64,000 nucleotides of DNA from Mobula hypostoma (GCF_963921235.1 NC_086108.1:3720001-3784000), one strand, 5' to 3'; numbered from the stretch's first letter, positions 24,996-38,692 are shown. Program-made: numbers and translations. The notes: a model not told the origin generated them from the letters alone.

Positions 24996-27920
24996 ATAAG
25001 AACTTAGTTAGACCCCACTTGGAGTACCAAGTTCAGTTCTGACCTCACTAGAGGAAGAATGTGAATACTATAGGGAGAGTGAGAGGAGATTGCCTGGACT
25101 GGAGAGCATGCCTTATGAGAATAGGTTGAATGAACTTGGCCTTTTCTCCTTGGAGTCACAAGGGATGAGAGGTGACCTGATAGAGGTGTATAAGATGATG
25201 AGAGGCATTGATCATGCGTATAGCCAAAGACTATCAAAATATTAATGCTCACGGTGGTGTGCAGAAGAGCATCTTCGAACGCACAACATACTGAATCTTG
25301 AAGAAGATGGGCTACAGCAACAGAAGACCATGAAAATACATTTGGTGGCCTCTTTTTTTTGGTACAGGAGATGTCTAATAGAGTGGCCACTGAATGTATG
25401 TTCAGCATTGGTTGTCGTAGTGCAGGGCCGTAGGATATACATCACAGCAGAAGGGCATTCAGCTCCTATTAGTCCTAAGAGCACAGGATATAGAAGCAGA
25501 GTTAGGCTGTCGGGTCCACCAACTCTACTGGACCATTCAATCATGGCTGAATATTTTCCACCCCATTCTCCTTAATTTCCATGTTATCTTTCCCCAGTTT
25601 ACCAAACAAGAGTCTGTCAAAATCTGCCTTGAATACATCCAGTCGCTTGGCTTCTACAGTCCTCTGTAGCAATGAATTCTGCAGATTCACTACACTGAAG
25701 CTGACTAGGTTCCTCATCTCAGTCCCTTTATTCTGAGGTTGTGCCCTCTGGTCCTAGGCTTCCCCACTGGTGGAAACATCCACTCCATGTCCACTCTATC
25801 AAGGTCTTTGGTAACCAAAAGATTTCAATGAGATCTTGGGGCCCAACACATCCATGCCAACCAAAATGGCTACCTTGTGAACATCCCTTGGACCCTCGTC
25901 AGGGCCAGCACCTCTTTCCTGAGAACCTGGCCCAAAATAGCTCCCAATACTGCAAGTTAGAGTTGTACTTTCTGTTTCCTCCGTCCCTGGTTTTATAGTT
26001 TAGCACTCCACCCCTGCCTTTCAGATCCTGAGTTGCTCGTAAGATCATAAGACATGGGAGCAGAATTAGGCCATTTGGCCCACTGAGTCTGCTCTGCCAC
26101 TCCATCATGGCTGATTTATTATCCCCCTCAACCCCACGGGTAAGACCTGAGTGTCCTGTGAGGATCAGAGGTGAGTGAGCTGCCCCAGACTGGACATGAC
26201 AAGCCCCTTCACAAATTCAGTCATTCAATAGTTCCATTTAATATTGGAGAATGCATACAATATACAATCTGAAATTCTTGCTCTTCACAGGCATCCATGA
26301 AAAAGCCAGAAGAGTACCCCAAAGAATGAGTGACAGCAAAAATGTTAGAATCCCAAAGCCCCCTTCTCCACAAGCCTCAGCAAAGCATCAACCTTCCCCT
26401 CTCCCCCACCCTACTCATTTCAGCACGAAGCATCAGCGCCCAACACCCACCAAGTAAGCAATAGCAAAGCTCTCCAAAGAGAGACCATGCTCTGCAGTCC
26501 AACAAAAACCATTGTTCACCCAACAGTTTGACATGCCACAGGCTCTCTTGTGCCCTAATAGAGGGGCAGAGAGGTGTCACACAGTGAGAGGGGAGACCTA
26601 CAAAAACAAGCAACTCTCTGATTTATGGTGTTAAAATCAGCCGCATCACCTTTTCCGAGTTCTCCAACTCGAGAATCGGCAACGAACTCTCCCCCACCAA
26701 TGAGAGAGAGAGAGAGAGACAAAGAGCAGTTCACCAAGTACAAAGCCCCTGACACTGATCCGCTGTTCCCAATATTCTGTTTTCTTCTGTGACGCTTCAG
26801 TCAACGGCACCAGCATGGAATGAACTGATACTGAGAAAGGGCCGGTCAGTGAGCCCTGGGAGCAAGTCCCACGGCCACAAAGAGCCACAGTTTGAATGCA
26901 GCTGCCGGTCAAGGGCATTGATACAGCCCGTTCACCTTGAAAAGGGAAAAAAACAGAGACACGTTGATCTCTATCCAATAAAGATTTCCCCAGTTTTATC
27001 AATAATATCTGCTGTTTGACGCTATCCTGTAGCCCCCAATCTCGACATCATTTGCAAACTGCAAAAATTGCGCTGCTGACTCTAAACTGAAGAGTAAGAA
27101 TTTCAGGTTGTACACGGTATACACTCTCTGATATTAAATTTTCTATGAAGAATAAGAATTGCAGGTTCTATACCATAGACACCAGGTTAGCAAATTTAAC
27201 GTCACATGCCGGTGATAATAAACCTGATTCTGATTCTGATTCTGACACTCGCTGATGTTAAGTGGAACTGTTGAAGTTGGAAACGGCAGTCAGGGTGTCA
27301 GACGCACAAAATGCTGGCGGAACTCAGCAGGTCAGGCAGCATCTTTGGAGAGGAATAAATAGTCAATGTTTCCGGCCAGAACCTTTCACAAACCTTTGAG
27401 TTTCTCCAGAATTTTGTGTGTATTGCTCTGGATTTTCAGCACCTACAGACTTTCTACTGTTTCGTTACAGTGTCATGCAATGTAGAGAATGGCAGTGATG
27501 TACATTAATTCCATTTTATTTTAAACACATTTCCATTATCTTTGCATATTCTCTACCACTCCTGAACATTAAAGTTAACTTACAGTGGCTAACTAGACTA
27601 TCAACCCACGGGGGTTTGGGCTCTGGGAGAAAACTGGAGCCCCCAGAGCAAACCCTCAGAGTGTAGAAACTTCACTCAAGGGTAGATGCTAGGTCCATGA
27701 CCCTGGGGCAGGGAGGTCTGACCTGCTGTGTCACTGTACCACCCATTGGCCTGTCATCTGATTGCATAATGTCAAAGGGTCTTGTAATTATACTTTCCAG
27801 AATTCCAAACCTTTTTCAAAAGATTAAATAGGTTAGATTGAATACAACACATTGGTGAGGCTTAATTTGGAGCACTGTGTGCAGTTTTGGTCACCTACCT
27901 ATAGGAAAGATGTAAATAAG

Positions 27921-28589
27921 TGTATCCCCCCGGCCACCCTCAGAGTTGCTCGGCTTGCTGTCATCTAGGGAAATAACCCTCGGCCCTGCCAAACTGGGTA
28001 ATAGTTTGTGTGGATGCTGTGTGATGTACCCCACCCCGCCCAAATAACAGACAATACACCAGATACGACTAAATGATTTACAGTTTATAGATATTACTGG
28101 AGCTATATAATTAATAGAGAATAAACTATAAAAGGAAAGTAAAAGGTGCCACACTTATCAAAGTTCAATCTCTTCGTGCACAAACAGTTGGAGCTCAGGA
28201 CCCTTCCTCTTCGCCCTGCGACCCCTTGGACCACCTGAACCAGCTGCCTGGGACCAACAACGGTGGTCGACCAGACGCTCCACACGAGTCCATCTCCGTC
28301 TCCCCTCCTCGCCGAACGCCCCGCTTAGGGTCCAACCCCGTTAGGGGACTCACAGCACCTGGTCCATCCTCTGTCTCTCTCTCCCGCCTTCTGCCCCAAA
28401 ACCCCACGCATACAATATCTTACAAATACACCAAAAACGTAACAACTATCCCAATTGGTTCATAACATCTTCTTATCAGTAACGTGATTCAACAAACTGC
28501 TAGTGGGAAGGACTTTCTCAGCGTTTACCATAACAAAGAAGCCATTTTAATTAGCCTACGCAGTAACATAAAGACGAAACCCCCTTACA
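27921..28589. mobile_element. Solo LTR (669 bp) inserted in a CR1 fragment
   Basis: TG...CA termini with a perfect 4-bp TSD (TAAG). Excision restores ggaaagatgtaaataaggttga, as seen intact at about 16151. Confidence 0.85.
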
Positions 28590-30699
28590 TAAGGTTGACA
28601 GAGTGCAGATAAAATTTATCAAGATGCTGCTGGGACTGGAGGACTTGAGTTATAAGGAAAGATTGAATAGGCTAGGACTTTATTCCTTGGAATGTAGAAG
28701 ATCGAGGAGATTTGATAGCGCTATGCGAAATTATGATGGGTACAGATAGGGTAAATACAAACAGGCTTCTTCCACTGAGGTTGGGTGGGACTACGACTAC
28801 AGATCATGGGTTAAGGGTGAAAGGTGAAAAGTTTAAGGGGAATATGAGGGGAAACTTCTTCACTCAGAGGGAGGTGAAAGTATGGAACGAGCTGCAGTGA
28901 AAGTGGTGCATGCGAGCGCGATTTCAATGATTAAGAGATGTTTGGACAGCTACATGGATGGTAGGTGTATGGAGGGTTATGGTCCCAGTGCAGGTCGATC
29001 AGAGAGGGCAGCTTAAATGGTTTTGGAATAGACAAGAACGGCTTATTTCTCTCTGATTCTATGACTCTAGAATTACTTCTCCACTCTCTCTGGCTCTCCT
29101 TGCCATTCTCTCCGTGACTTTCACAGATTCTGTGAGATGGGGAGGGGGTGAGGTGGTTTCCCTCCATGTCTCCCTGTCCTCTGTGTCCCCTCCCGTTCGT
29201 CATCCCTTTAGTGCCTCATTAGGTCTTGCTTATTTGAACAGTGCACCCCCGCCCCCGAGTCCAGCCCTCAGATCCAGGTTCAAGACCACTAACACATCAG
29301 AGCCTGAGGCTCCCAAGACAGGCGGCCCATTACAGCACAGTTACTGTGGCTCAGGCAGACCTCTGCCAGATTAATCTGTCACTTCTCTTTCTGATGAGCC
29401 AGGTTAATAGACGACAGTGTATTAGGATCTCAGCAGTCACATATTCTCTAGTGATTGCTTGCCCAGACAGGTCTTTACAGTAACAGGGTTAAATTATGAA
29501 CATTAATAAACAGGAGATGTGGAACTGCTGTATGCAAACCACCACAGGCCATTCAATTGACAGCAAAGCGTGAATGATGTGGAGATATTATCATTTCATA
29601 AACTGATTTAATAATAGGGCTGTTAGAAACGTGGAAAAATTACAAAGCTTCGGGGGCAGGGGGTACATTCAGCCCATTGTGTATGTGGTGGTAAAAGACC
29701 AGCCTAATCAAATCAGAATCACTTACTTATATAGTAGAGTACAGCCCATTCGGCCCACAATGTTGTACTGAACCAGCTAAAAGGCAAATCAAAAACACCC
29801 AAACATTAATCCCTCCCTATCTACTTCTTCTTCTTCGGTTCTCCATTGAAATCCAATGACGACGTCCACTCCTTTAACGGTGAGATCTTTGATGACTATA
29901 CAGTCCTATCCTGGACCCACAAGCTCTATCGCAGGTGGGACATGTACATGTGGTAGTGGTGGCAACCATGACTGCATTTCTCCTGGCTCTCTTCTGCTGT
30001 CTTCTGCTTGTTCTTTCCATCTCCAGAATACAAACCCCATCCCTACACAGCTGTTTCCAAGTGGTATGGTCAGCAGCAACATCCTCCAGGTCCTCGGGGA
30101 CCTCCTCCCTACACCATGTCCATATCCCTCCATCTTCCTCACATCCATGTGTCTATTCAATTGTCTCTTAAAAGCCTCTTCTGTATCTGCCTCTACCACC
30201 AGACCAGGCAGCACATTCCAGGCATCCACCACTCTCTGAGTAAAACACTTCCCCCTCACATCCCCTTGAACCTACCCCTCTCACCTTCAATGTATTAGAC
30301 AATTCAACCAACTTACTTACTGCCTGTTACACCGCTGGCTGTTTTCAGGGCTTCCTTCATCATGTCAGTAGCTTCCTCTCAGTTTTCACTACTGTCAGAT
30401 ATGCAAGGCCCAGGTGGAGACTCAGGAATACTGTCACACTCAGATGTAGAAGGATTCTTCATTGCTGTTTCTGTAACAATTATGTTTGACCAGTCAGGGT
30501 TGTTAGCCCTGAGTTGAACCCCCAAACCTGGAGGACCAGTGGACCCCTCTTAGTCTGGCCTCTACCCTTTTACCTGTTTGGCATGGGTGACCCTACCAGG
30601 AGCCAAAACACAAGGCCCTGACTTCAGCCAACACAGCTCTCTGGGTCACTGAGGCACACAAACCTCCAAACTCACAGTAAGGTCGTGGTCCTCCTGGAG

Positions 30700-31495
30700 G
30701 AAATGAAATCAGAATATGGTTTAATATCACCAGCCTATGTCACGAAATTTGTTGTGTTTGCGGCAGCAGTACAACGCAATATTTAATTATGTACTGGGTG
30801 ATGGGGGTCCTTAATGATGGACGCTGCCTTTTAGAGGCACCGCTCCTTGAGGTTGTCTTGGATTCTGTGGAGGCTAGTGCCCACGATGGAGCTGAGGCTA
30901 CAACTGTCTGCAGCTTGTTTCGATCCTGTGCCGTAACCCCCACCGCCCCCATACCAAATGGTGATGCAGCCAGTTAGAATGCTCACATTGATACGTCGGT
31001 AGAAATTTGCAAGTGACTTTGGTAACATACCAAATCCCAAACTCCTAATGAAATATAGCTGCTGTTGCACCTTCTTTTTGTAACTGCATCAATACATTGG
31101 GCACAGAATTGATCCTCAGAGAAGCTGACACACAGGGACTTGAAACTGCTCACTCTTTTCATTTCTGATCCCTCTATGAGGACTGGTGTGTGCTCCCTCA
31201 TCTTACCCTTCCTGAAGTCCACAGTCAGTTCTTTGGTCTTACTGATGTTGGATGCAAGGTTGTTGCTGTGACAACACTTAATTTGCTGATTTATCTCGCT
31301 CCTCTATACCCTCTTGTCACCATCTGAAATTCTGCCAACAATAGTTGTATCGTCAGCAAATTTATAGATGGTGTTTGAGCTGTGCCTGGCCACACAGTCA
31401 TGGGCGTAGAGAGAGTAGAGCAGTGGGCTAAGCACGCATCCCTGAGGTGCGCCAGTGTTGATCGTCAGCGAGGTGGAGATCTTGTTTCCGTTCCT
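30700..31495 (-). mobile_element. Rex1/Babar-like LINE reverse transcriptase fragment
   Basis: TGAPQGCVLSPLLYSLYAHDCVARHSSNTIYKFADDTTIVG, DFRKG and LYFIRSL...NFYR. Confidence 0.85.
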
Positions 31496-31714
31496 GATTT
31501 GCATCTCTGGGTCTGTCGCCACAGCTCCTCTTCTCCACACCCATGTACTGTTTAAAAGTGGGGAGGATTTCTGCCTCTCCAACCTCTTCAGGCAGTGAGT
31601 GCTAGACACTCCCCAGAATGATGGTGAATCTGTGGAATTCACTGCCATGGACAGCTGTGGAGGCCAAGTCAGCGGGTTCTTCCTCGTCGTTAGGTATCAT
31701 GGTTTTTCCATCTG

Positions 31715-32470
31715 CCCTTTTAAGGGCCCAATTGATTGATCGAGATGGTGAAGGAAATCAATCGGGCCCTTAAAAGAGCTGACAGAAAACCAGGACACCT
31801 GACAATGAGGAGGAACCCATCGTTACCGTCTGTCTTCCCTAATTTCCACGGTTTCTGGAAGGATCGCCAGCATCTTGCAAAATACCAGATTCATACCATC
31901 CACAAACCCGTAACGAAGCTCCAACCACCACTTATGAGGGTCAAAGATGACTTGGGACTCAGGACGGCTGGCATTTACAGGATTCTCTGTGAATGCGGAG
32001 CAGTGTGTATCGGTCACACAGTGGAAACCCGCATCAAGGAGCACAGGAGCTGTATCTTTTGGGTTACCCGGAGAAATCGGCGGTAGCTGGACATTGCAAT
32101 TGCAATGGCCATAAGATTGACTTTGATGGCACAAAACTACTGTGTCGTGCCAGTGGTTTTTGGGACCATTTGGTAAAGGAAGCTATTGCAATAAAACTCG
32201 AGGAAAAAAATCATAACAAAGACCAAGGTCTCACTCTAAGTAAGAACTGGAATTCAATTGCAAACAAGGTGGGAGAGCAGAAACCTGATTGGATGAGGAA
32301 TAACCAATTAGGAGGGATGGACTATGGGGGTATAAATACCACAGGACTATACATCCCCAGGCATCATCCCTGATGAAGGTGGCAGAGTCTGTCATCGAGA
32401 CATCGGTAATAATCATCTGGAAGCCTGAGAAGAGTTTATCCATCACACCCTGGGAAAGCACTAGATCCTT
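31715..32470 (+). mobile_element. Penelope-like element, GIY-YIG endonuclease fragment
   Basis: AGIYRILCECGAVCIG...TRIKEHR...KSAVAGHC...GHKIDF...KEAIAIK...NKDQG (frameshifted), followed by a ctgatga...gaga hammerhead-like motif at about 32370-32405. Confidence 0.85.
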
Positions 32471-33612
32471 TTTCAGACTCGATGGGCTGAATGGCCAAAT
32501 TTTGCTCCTACGTCTTATGGTCTTATAGTCTCTCCACCTTCACCTCCTTATGCAACTAAGTCACACAGCACAGAAACAGGAGAGGTGGAAACGTGATCTC
32601 ACTGTTAGTCCAATTCTCTTCAGTTCCAGCCCCAAGGGTTCTTGGTGATTATCAAGTCTCCGACTCTTACATTAATTCTTTCCTAAAATATGTGTGAGGC
32701 GTCTGTTGGTCTGGGTTGACCATGGACATTGCGTCCTAGCCGTCTAGATAAACACACCAGGGCAGTACGACATGGAGAGGAAGCTCCCTCTCTCCAGGCG
32801 TCTGATGAACCCAGTGGCATCACAGGAGTTGCCAGCCAGCATTGAACTCAACTAGGACTGCCTTAGGGATTCTAGTTCCAGATTTTTCCCTCAGGGATTT
32901 GTTCCAATGCCTTCCCCATGAGTGAGTATAGCCGTTAAACAACGGAAGTTTGATATCAGAGTTTTCCTTCTTCTAGATCAGGTGCCAACCATGGCTGACG
33001 AGCCAATAACCCTTCTTTATCCCTTCTCCTATGCCGGGCTTAGTAGCTAAGCCACACGTGAAGATTTGGGACGCACATCATTGGGAGCATTTAGCAGGCT
33101 GTGAGAGCCTCTCCCCAATATCCTGTCCCCAATATCCACCCCCCACTATAACAACCTTAAGGAACGAAAAATAACTTAATGAGATGTTTAACAGGACAGG
33201 GAGAAGATTGTGAAGAAGTTGTATATGTCAGCAAATTTCTTCAATGTACTATGGGGAGCATTCCTACTGGTTACATCACTGTCCTGTATGGGTGCACCAA
33301 TGCACAGGATCAGAAAAAGCCGCAGATGGTTGTAGACTCAGTCAGCTCCATCATGGGTACTGGCTTCCAGAGCATCTAGGACATCTTCAACAGGCGATGC
33401 ATCAAGAAGGCAGCGTCTATCATTAAGGACCCCCATCACCCAGGACGTGCCCTCTTCACATTCCTACAGCTTGGAGGGGGCACAGGAGCTTGAAGACACA
33501 CACTCAAAGTTTTAGGAACAGCTTCTTCCCCACCACCATCAGATTTATGAATGGACAATCATAAACACTGCCTTACTGTACTCACACAAGAGAGTCTGCA
33601 GATGCTGGAAAT

Positions 33613-33828
33613 CCAGAGCAACACACACAAAGTGCTGGAGGAACTCAACGGGTCAGACAGTGTCGATGGTCAGAGTAACACACACAAAATGCTGGAGGAA
33701 CTCAGCAGGTCAGACAGTGTCGATGGTCAGAGTAACACACACAAAATGCTGGAGGAACTCAGCAGGTCAGACAGTGTCGATGGTCAGAGTAACACACACA
33801 AAATGCTGGAGGAACTCAGCAGGTCAGG
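33613..33828. repeat. 57-bp tandem array, about 4 copies
   Basis: Unit cagagtaacacacacaaaatgctggaggaactcagcaggtcagacagtgtcgatggt. Confidence 0.9.
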
Positions 33829-34649
33829 AAGCATATATGGAAATGAATAAACAGCCAATGTTTTGGACCAAGGCCTTCATCAGCCAGATAAGGGATCCAA
33901 ATGTTGGTAGCTTGCAGAGGCAGTGTGGAAGCGTAGACAGAGTCAGTGGAGGTCAAGCTGATTTCTGTAATGGAAATGGGTCATGTCCATAATCTCCATA
34001 ATTGCCTTATCCTGCTGAGTGAGAGCTTCTATAGAGGGGAGTAACCAGTTGATGTTTCAGGCTGAGACCCTGCATCATGTCCTGTTAAACTGTCTTAGCT
34101 CAAAATGTTGACTCTTTATTCCTTTCCACCAATGCTGCCTGACCTGCCGAATTCCTCCAGCATTTTGTGTGTGTTACTCTGACCATCGACACTGTCTGAC
34201 CTGCTGAGTTCCACTTCTGCTGCCAGCTCATTCCAAACTCTCACCATCCTCTGAGCGAAGAGGTCCCCCCTCATGTTTCCTTAAACCTTTCACTATCAGC
34301 CCATGATCACTAGGTCTAGTCTCACCCATCCTCAGAGGAAAAAGCCTATCTATACCCCTCGTAATTTTGTGCTCCTTTATCATTCTCCAACATTCCAGGG
34401 ATTAAAGTCCTAACCTGTTCAACCTTTCCCGATAACTCAGGTATTTAAGTCCTGGCAACATGCTTGTAAATGTTCTTTGCACTCTTTCAACCTTATTGAC
34501 ATTTTGTGTTTATGAGTGAGAGGAGATGCTTTGACAGTGGAATCTTGCTGTGCATCATAGGAAGTGACTGGGGTTGTGGCACACTCCCGACGGGGCTCAG
34601 AAAGGCTAGGACGTTTGTTCTAATCTCTGTTTTTACCGTCCCCGTGAAG

Positions 34650-35270
34650 GTCTGGTTCAAGAACCGCCGAGCCAAATGCCGCCAGCAACAACAGCAGAGC
34701 AGCGGCCAGGCTAAGGCCCGGCCAGCCAAGAAGAAGAACTCGCCGGCCCGGGACACAAGCTCAGAGACCAACGCCAGCGGCCACTACAGCCCGACGCCCG
34801 CCTGCACGGGGGTGACAGCCAGTTCCACCTCCAACGCCACCGTGTCCATCTGGAGCCCAGCTTCCATCTCGCCCATCCCGGACCCGCTGTCCTCCACGGC
34901 GTCCTGCATGCAGCGGTCCACCGCCTACCCCATCACCTACAGCCAGGCTCCGGCCTACAGCCAAGGCTACAGCAGCTCCCCTGCCTACTTCAGCGGCCTC
35001 GACTGCGGCTCCTACCTCTCCCCGATGCCCCCTCAGCTCTCCGCTCCCGGGGGCACCCTCAGCCCCCTGGGCACGCCGACCATGGGCAGTCACCTCAGCC
35101 AGTCCCCAGCCCCTCTGTCTGCTCAAGGTTACGGCTCCGCAGGGCTGGGGTTCAATACTGTCGACTGCCTGGATTACAAAGACCAGAGCACATCCTGGAA
35201 GCTGAACTTCAGTGCTGCTGACTGCCTGGATTACAAAGACCAGAGCTCTTGGAAGTTCCAAGTCTTGTAA
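34650..35270 (+). CDS. otx5: Otx5/Crx coding exon 3: homeodomain end (K50), WSP motif, duplicated Otx tail
   Basis: Acceptor AG at 34648-34649, then [16 protein letters not shown]...SIWSPAS...[35 protein letters not shown] and TAA. No Otx1-type His tract. The spliced product is 289 aa. Confidence 0.96.
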   Translation, partial: VWFKNRRAKCRQQQQQSSGQAKARPAKKKNSPARDTSSETNASGHYSPTPACTGVTASSTSNATVSIWSPASISPIPDPLSSTASCMQRSTAYPITYSQAPAYSQGYSSSPAYFSGLDCGSYLSPMPPQLSAPGGTLSPLGTPTMGSHLSQSPAPLSAQGYGSAGLGFNTVDCLDYKDQSTSWKLNFSAADCLDYKDQSSWKFQVL

Positions 35271-36132
35271 AGCTGCTGATCGAACGATCAAAACCCAACA
35301 GCCCTGTCCTGTTTCTCTCTTATTATTCCCTCTTGAACCCGGATCAATAACAGTTATAGAACTACACACACAGAACGCTGGAGGAACTCAGCAGGTCAGG
35401 CAGCATCCATGGAAAGGAATGAACAGTCGATGTCTCAGGCCAAGTCCCTTTCACCAGGACTTCTGGATTACGTTGCTCCGGATTTCCAGTATCTGCAGAA
35501 TCTCTTGTGTTGCAAATTATAGAAGCTGTGAAGCCAGTTGACTCCAAAACAAATGCTAACAATTTTTCGAAAGGAGTTTCAGGTCTGGTCACCAGGGTGG
35601 AGTTGAAACGGAGAAAGGAAAAAATCTCTCTGGCCAAAGTGACTTGCGGCCAGCTGGAACTTTGCAAAGAACACCAAGAGTCTGATAAAATCTCGCATTT
35701 GTTCAGTCCAGTCTTTCACCTGACCTCAATGAACTTCCGCTTTGAAGGGAAGAGGTTTTCAGAGTTACTGAACACTGACCAGAACCTATTGCTTGACTCT
35801 ATATGTTAGAGGGTGATCGAAAGAGTCTCTACAGATTAGTAAATAACCCTGCTTCATAAACACTGCGGAACTGCTTGGATGGAGAGGAGGGTTAACGGGA
35901 ACTTTTAGTTTGGTTATTCCGGTCGAAGTGTTTTGGGAATTCTCTCCCTCTCATCCCATCCTGTATGTGCGTGCGTGTGTGTGTGTGTGTGTGAATTTTT
36001 GTTTCAACTTCTTTTGGGACTCTCTACAAAAGAAGAGTTACCTTAAAGATTATTGACAGTGAGCTACGGATTACGGCTTGTCAGCTGTTTGTGTCAGGGA
36101 AGTGACTAAGCTTGACAAATCTTCTGGAACAC

Positions 36133-36355
36133 AGGGGTGCCATGGTAGCCTAGCAGTTCAGTCTGTGAGCACGTGGGAGGGGGGTGGTTTCCTCCGGGTG
36201 CTCCAGTTTCCTCCCGCAGTCCAAAGACGTACGGGTTAGTAGGTTAACTGGTGTTTGTAGATTGTCCTGTGATCAGGCTAGGGTTAAATTGCTAGGTGGT
36301 ACGGCTCATTGGGCTGGAAGGGCCTGTCCGTGCTGTATTTCTAAATAATAAAACA
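36133..36355 (+). mobile_element. V-SINE in the presumptive otx5 3' UTR
   Basis: V-domain ggtttcctccgggtgctccagtttcctcccgcagtccaaagac and an aataataaaa tail. Confidence 0.75.
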
Positions 36356-36372
36356 TTAGAAATACTAATAAA
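36347..36372 (+). terminator. Candidate polyadenylation signals for otx5
   Basis: These are the first AATAAA hexamers I found after the stop (36347-36352, 36367-36372), followed by a T/GT-rich stretch (ctttgtatttgtac). Confidence 0.35.
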
Positions 36373-36739
36373 CACGGTTTTAACTCAGGGGATGTTTAAA
36401 GCTCTTTGTATTTGTACTGAGAGGACGGGGCAGGCTCCACATGAGAACGATAGAAGAACAAATCCCTTCAGTTGTGCTTTGTAATGTGGGCTTCCTTGTC
36501 ACCAAGCTTAGTGACTCTGGGAAGGGTTTTGGCATCATGAGACAGACCAGGTCCAGGGAATCTTTCTGTATAAAGTAAGTAAAGTATTTGGTTCCCACTT
36601 CTGAGCATGCCCAGCTGTGGAAGGGTTCACAGCTCTCTCCCAGTGCTGTTCCCTTTTCCTGTTGCCTTTTTGGGAATTCTCTCTTATCCTTCCCAGAACA
36701 ACTAAATTCAAGTGGTGGATACACAGTGAGAGTCAGAGA

Positions 36740-37535
36740 GCCATAGAAACAGGACTTTTGGCCCATCTAGTCCTGTGCTGAACTATTATTCTGCCTGGTC
36801 CCATCGACCTGCACCCGGACCATATCCCTCCCATCCAAACTTCTCTTAGATGTTGAAATCAATCCCACATCCGCCACTTCTGCTGGAAACTCGTCCCACA
36901 CTCACATCACCCTCTGAGTGAAGAAGTTCCTTGTCATGATCCCCTTAAATATTTCACCTTTCACCCTTAACCCATGACCTCTAGTTCCAGCTTCACCTAA
37001 CCACAATGGAAAAAAAGCCTGCTTATCCTTGTATATCTCTGACAAATCTCCCCTCATTCTCCTACGCTCCAGGGAATAAAGACCGAACCTATTCAGCCCC
37101 TCCCTGTAACCCAGGCCCTTACAACATCTTTGTAAATTTTCTCTGTACTTTTTCAACCCGTTTACACCTGTCCTGTGGGTCGGTCACCAAAACTGGGCAC
37201 AACACTCCGAATTAGGCCTCACCAATGTCTTGTACAACGTCAGCGTAACATCCCATCTCCTGTATTCAGTACTTTGATTTAGGAAGGCCAATATGCCAAA
37301 AGTTTTCTTTGCGACCCTATCTACCTGTGACACCACTTTCAAGGAATTATGGACTTGTATTCCCACATCACTCTGTTCTACCACATTCCTCAGTGGTCTA
37401 CTATTCGCTCTGTAAGTCCTACCCTGATTTGCCCTCCCAAGATGCAACACCTCACACTTGTCCGCATTGCATTCCATCTACCATTTTTCAACCCATTTTT
37501 CCCGCTGATCCAGGTCCCTCTGCAAGCTCTGATAG
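36740..37535 (-). mobile_element. CR1 LINE RT 3' fragment
   Basis: NADKCEVLHLGRAN...LYKTLVRP...FFTQRV. Confidence 0.8.
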
Positions 37536-38260
37536 CCTCGCTCATATTAGGCCTTGCCAGCATCTTGTACAACAACATAACACCCCATGGGAGAATCAAA
37601 ACTGGGGATCCCCATGGTTTGCAGACCCAATCCTTTAATGAAGGATATTGCTGGGAAGGCCAGCCTCTCTTGAATGATGGCTGGGGGCAGAGTTCACCAT
37701 GTAGTCCTTGTTGTGATGGTGCTCCCTCAGTGCTACTGGGGATGGAGTCCCAGGATTTAAAGCCAGTGACGGTAAGAGAGCATCGACCTGTTTCTGAGTG
37801 TGGATAAAATACAAACCACTGGAGGAACTCAGCAGGCCAGGCAGCATCTATGGAGGGGAATAAATGGTTGACGTTTCGGGCTGAGACCCTTCGTTCATCC
37901 CCTTCTACTGACCTACTGAGTTGCTCCAGTGTTTCGTGCGTGTTCTTGCTCCTGCATAATCTTCCGTGTTTCTGAGTCAGAATGTTGGGTTTCGGAGGAG
38001 TCACTGGAGATGTGGGGGAGAACACAGAGAGAAATGAAACAAGGTTCAGTGCCCCAGTTCCTCGGTATGGCATCCCTCAAGATGATCATCGTCACCACTT
38101 GCCTGCCGTGCGTTGTAACCCAGCTGACGGACTCTGCTCTGAGCTGGCAGGGAGTAACCGAATGGGATCCGGGTGGCTGGGATGAGGGGGCAAAGATTCA
38201 CGCTGTCGAGTGAACCTTGCTCTCAGAACCCGCACAGTGCACTAAAGCATTGTACTAACT

Positions 38261-38545
38261 GGGGCGGCACAGTAGCAAGTGGTCAGCACAATGCTTTACA
38301 GTACAGGCGACCCGGGTTCAATTCCCGTCACTGCCTGTAAGGAGTTTGTACATTCTCCCTGTGATCATGTGGGTTTCCTCTGGCTGCCCTGATCTCCACC
38401 CACAGTCCAAAGACATGCCAATTAGTAGGTTGATTGGTCGTTCTAAATTGTCCCGATTAGGCTCAGGTTAAATTGGGGGTTGCTGGGCCACGTGGCTCGA
38501 AGGGCTGGAAGGGCCTTTTTGCACCACATATCAATCAATAAAATA
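38261..38545 (+). mobile_element. tRNA-derived V-SINE
   Basis: ggggcggcacagtagc head, B-box ggttcaattcc and V-domain. Other copies at about 15520-15690(-), 27600-27740(-), 39345-39700(-) and 50535-50812(+). Confidence 0.75.
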
Positions 38546-38692
38546 AGCAGGCCTTTCGAGCCACCGATTCTTTCTCTATTATTGATTGAGATACAGTGTG
38601 GAACAGACCCTCTGGCCCTTTCAGCCGTACCACCCAGCAACCCCCAAATTAACCCTGGCCTAATGATGGGACAATTTACAATGACCAATTAT

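Noticed and set aside
4445..35270. Assignment as otx1 or otx2
   Set aside because: There is no His-rich tract (Otx1), and [15 protein letters not shown] and QLDILE fit Otx5/Crx better than Otx2. A phylogeny would be decisive.
34761..35369. 202-aa antisense ORF
   Set aside because: Shadow of the GC-rich otx5 exon 3, with no recognisable motif.
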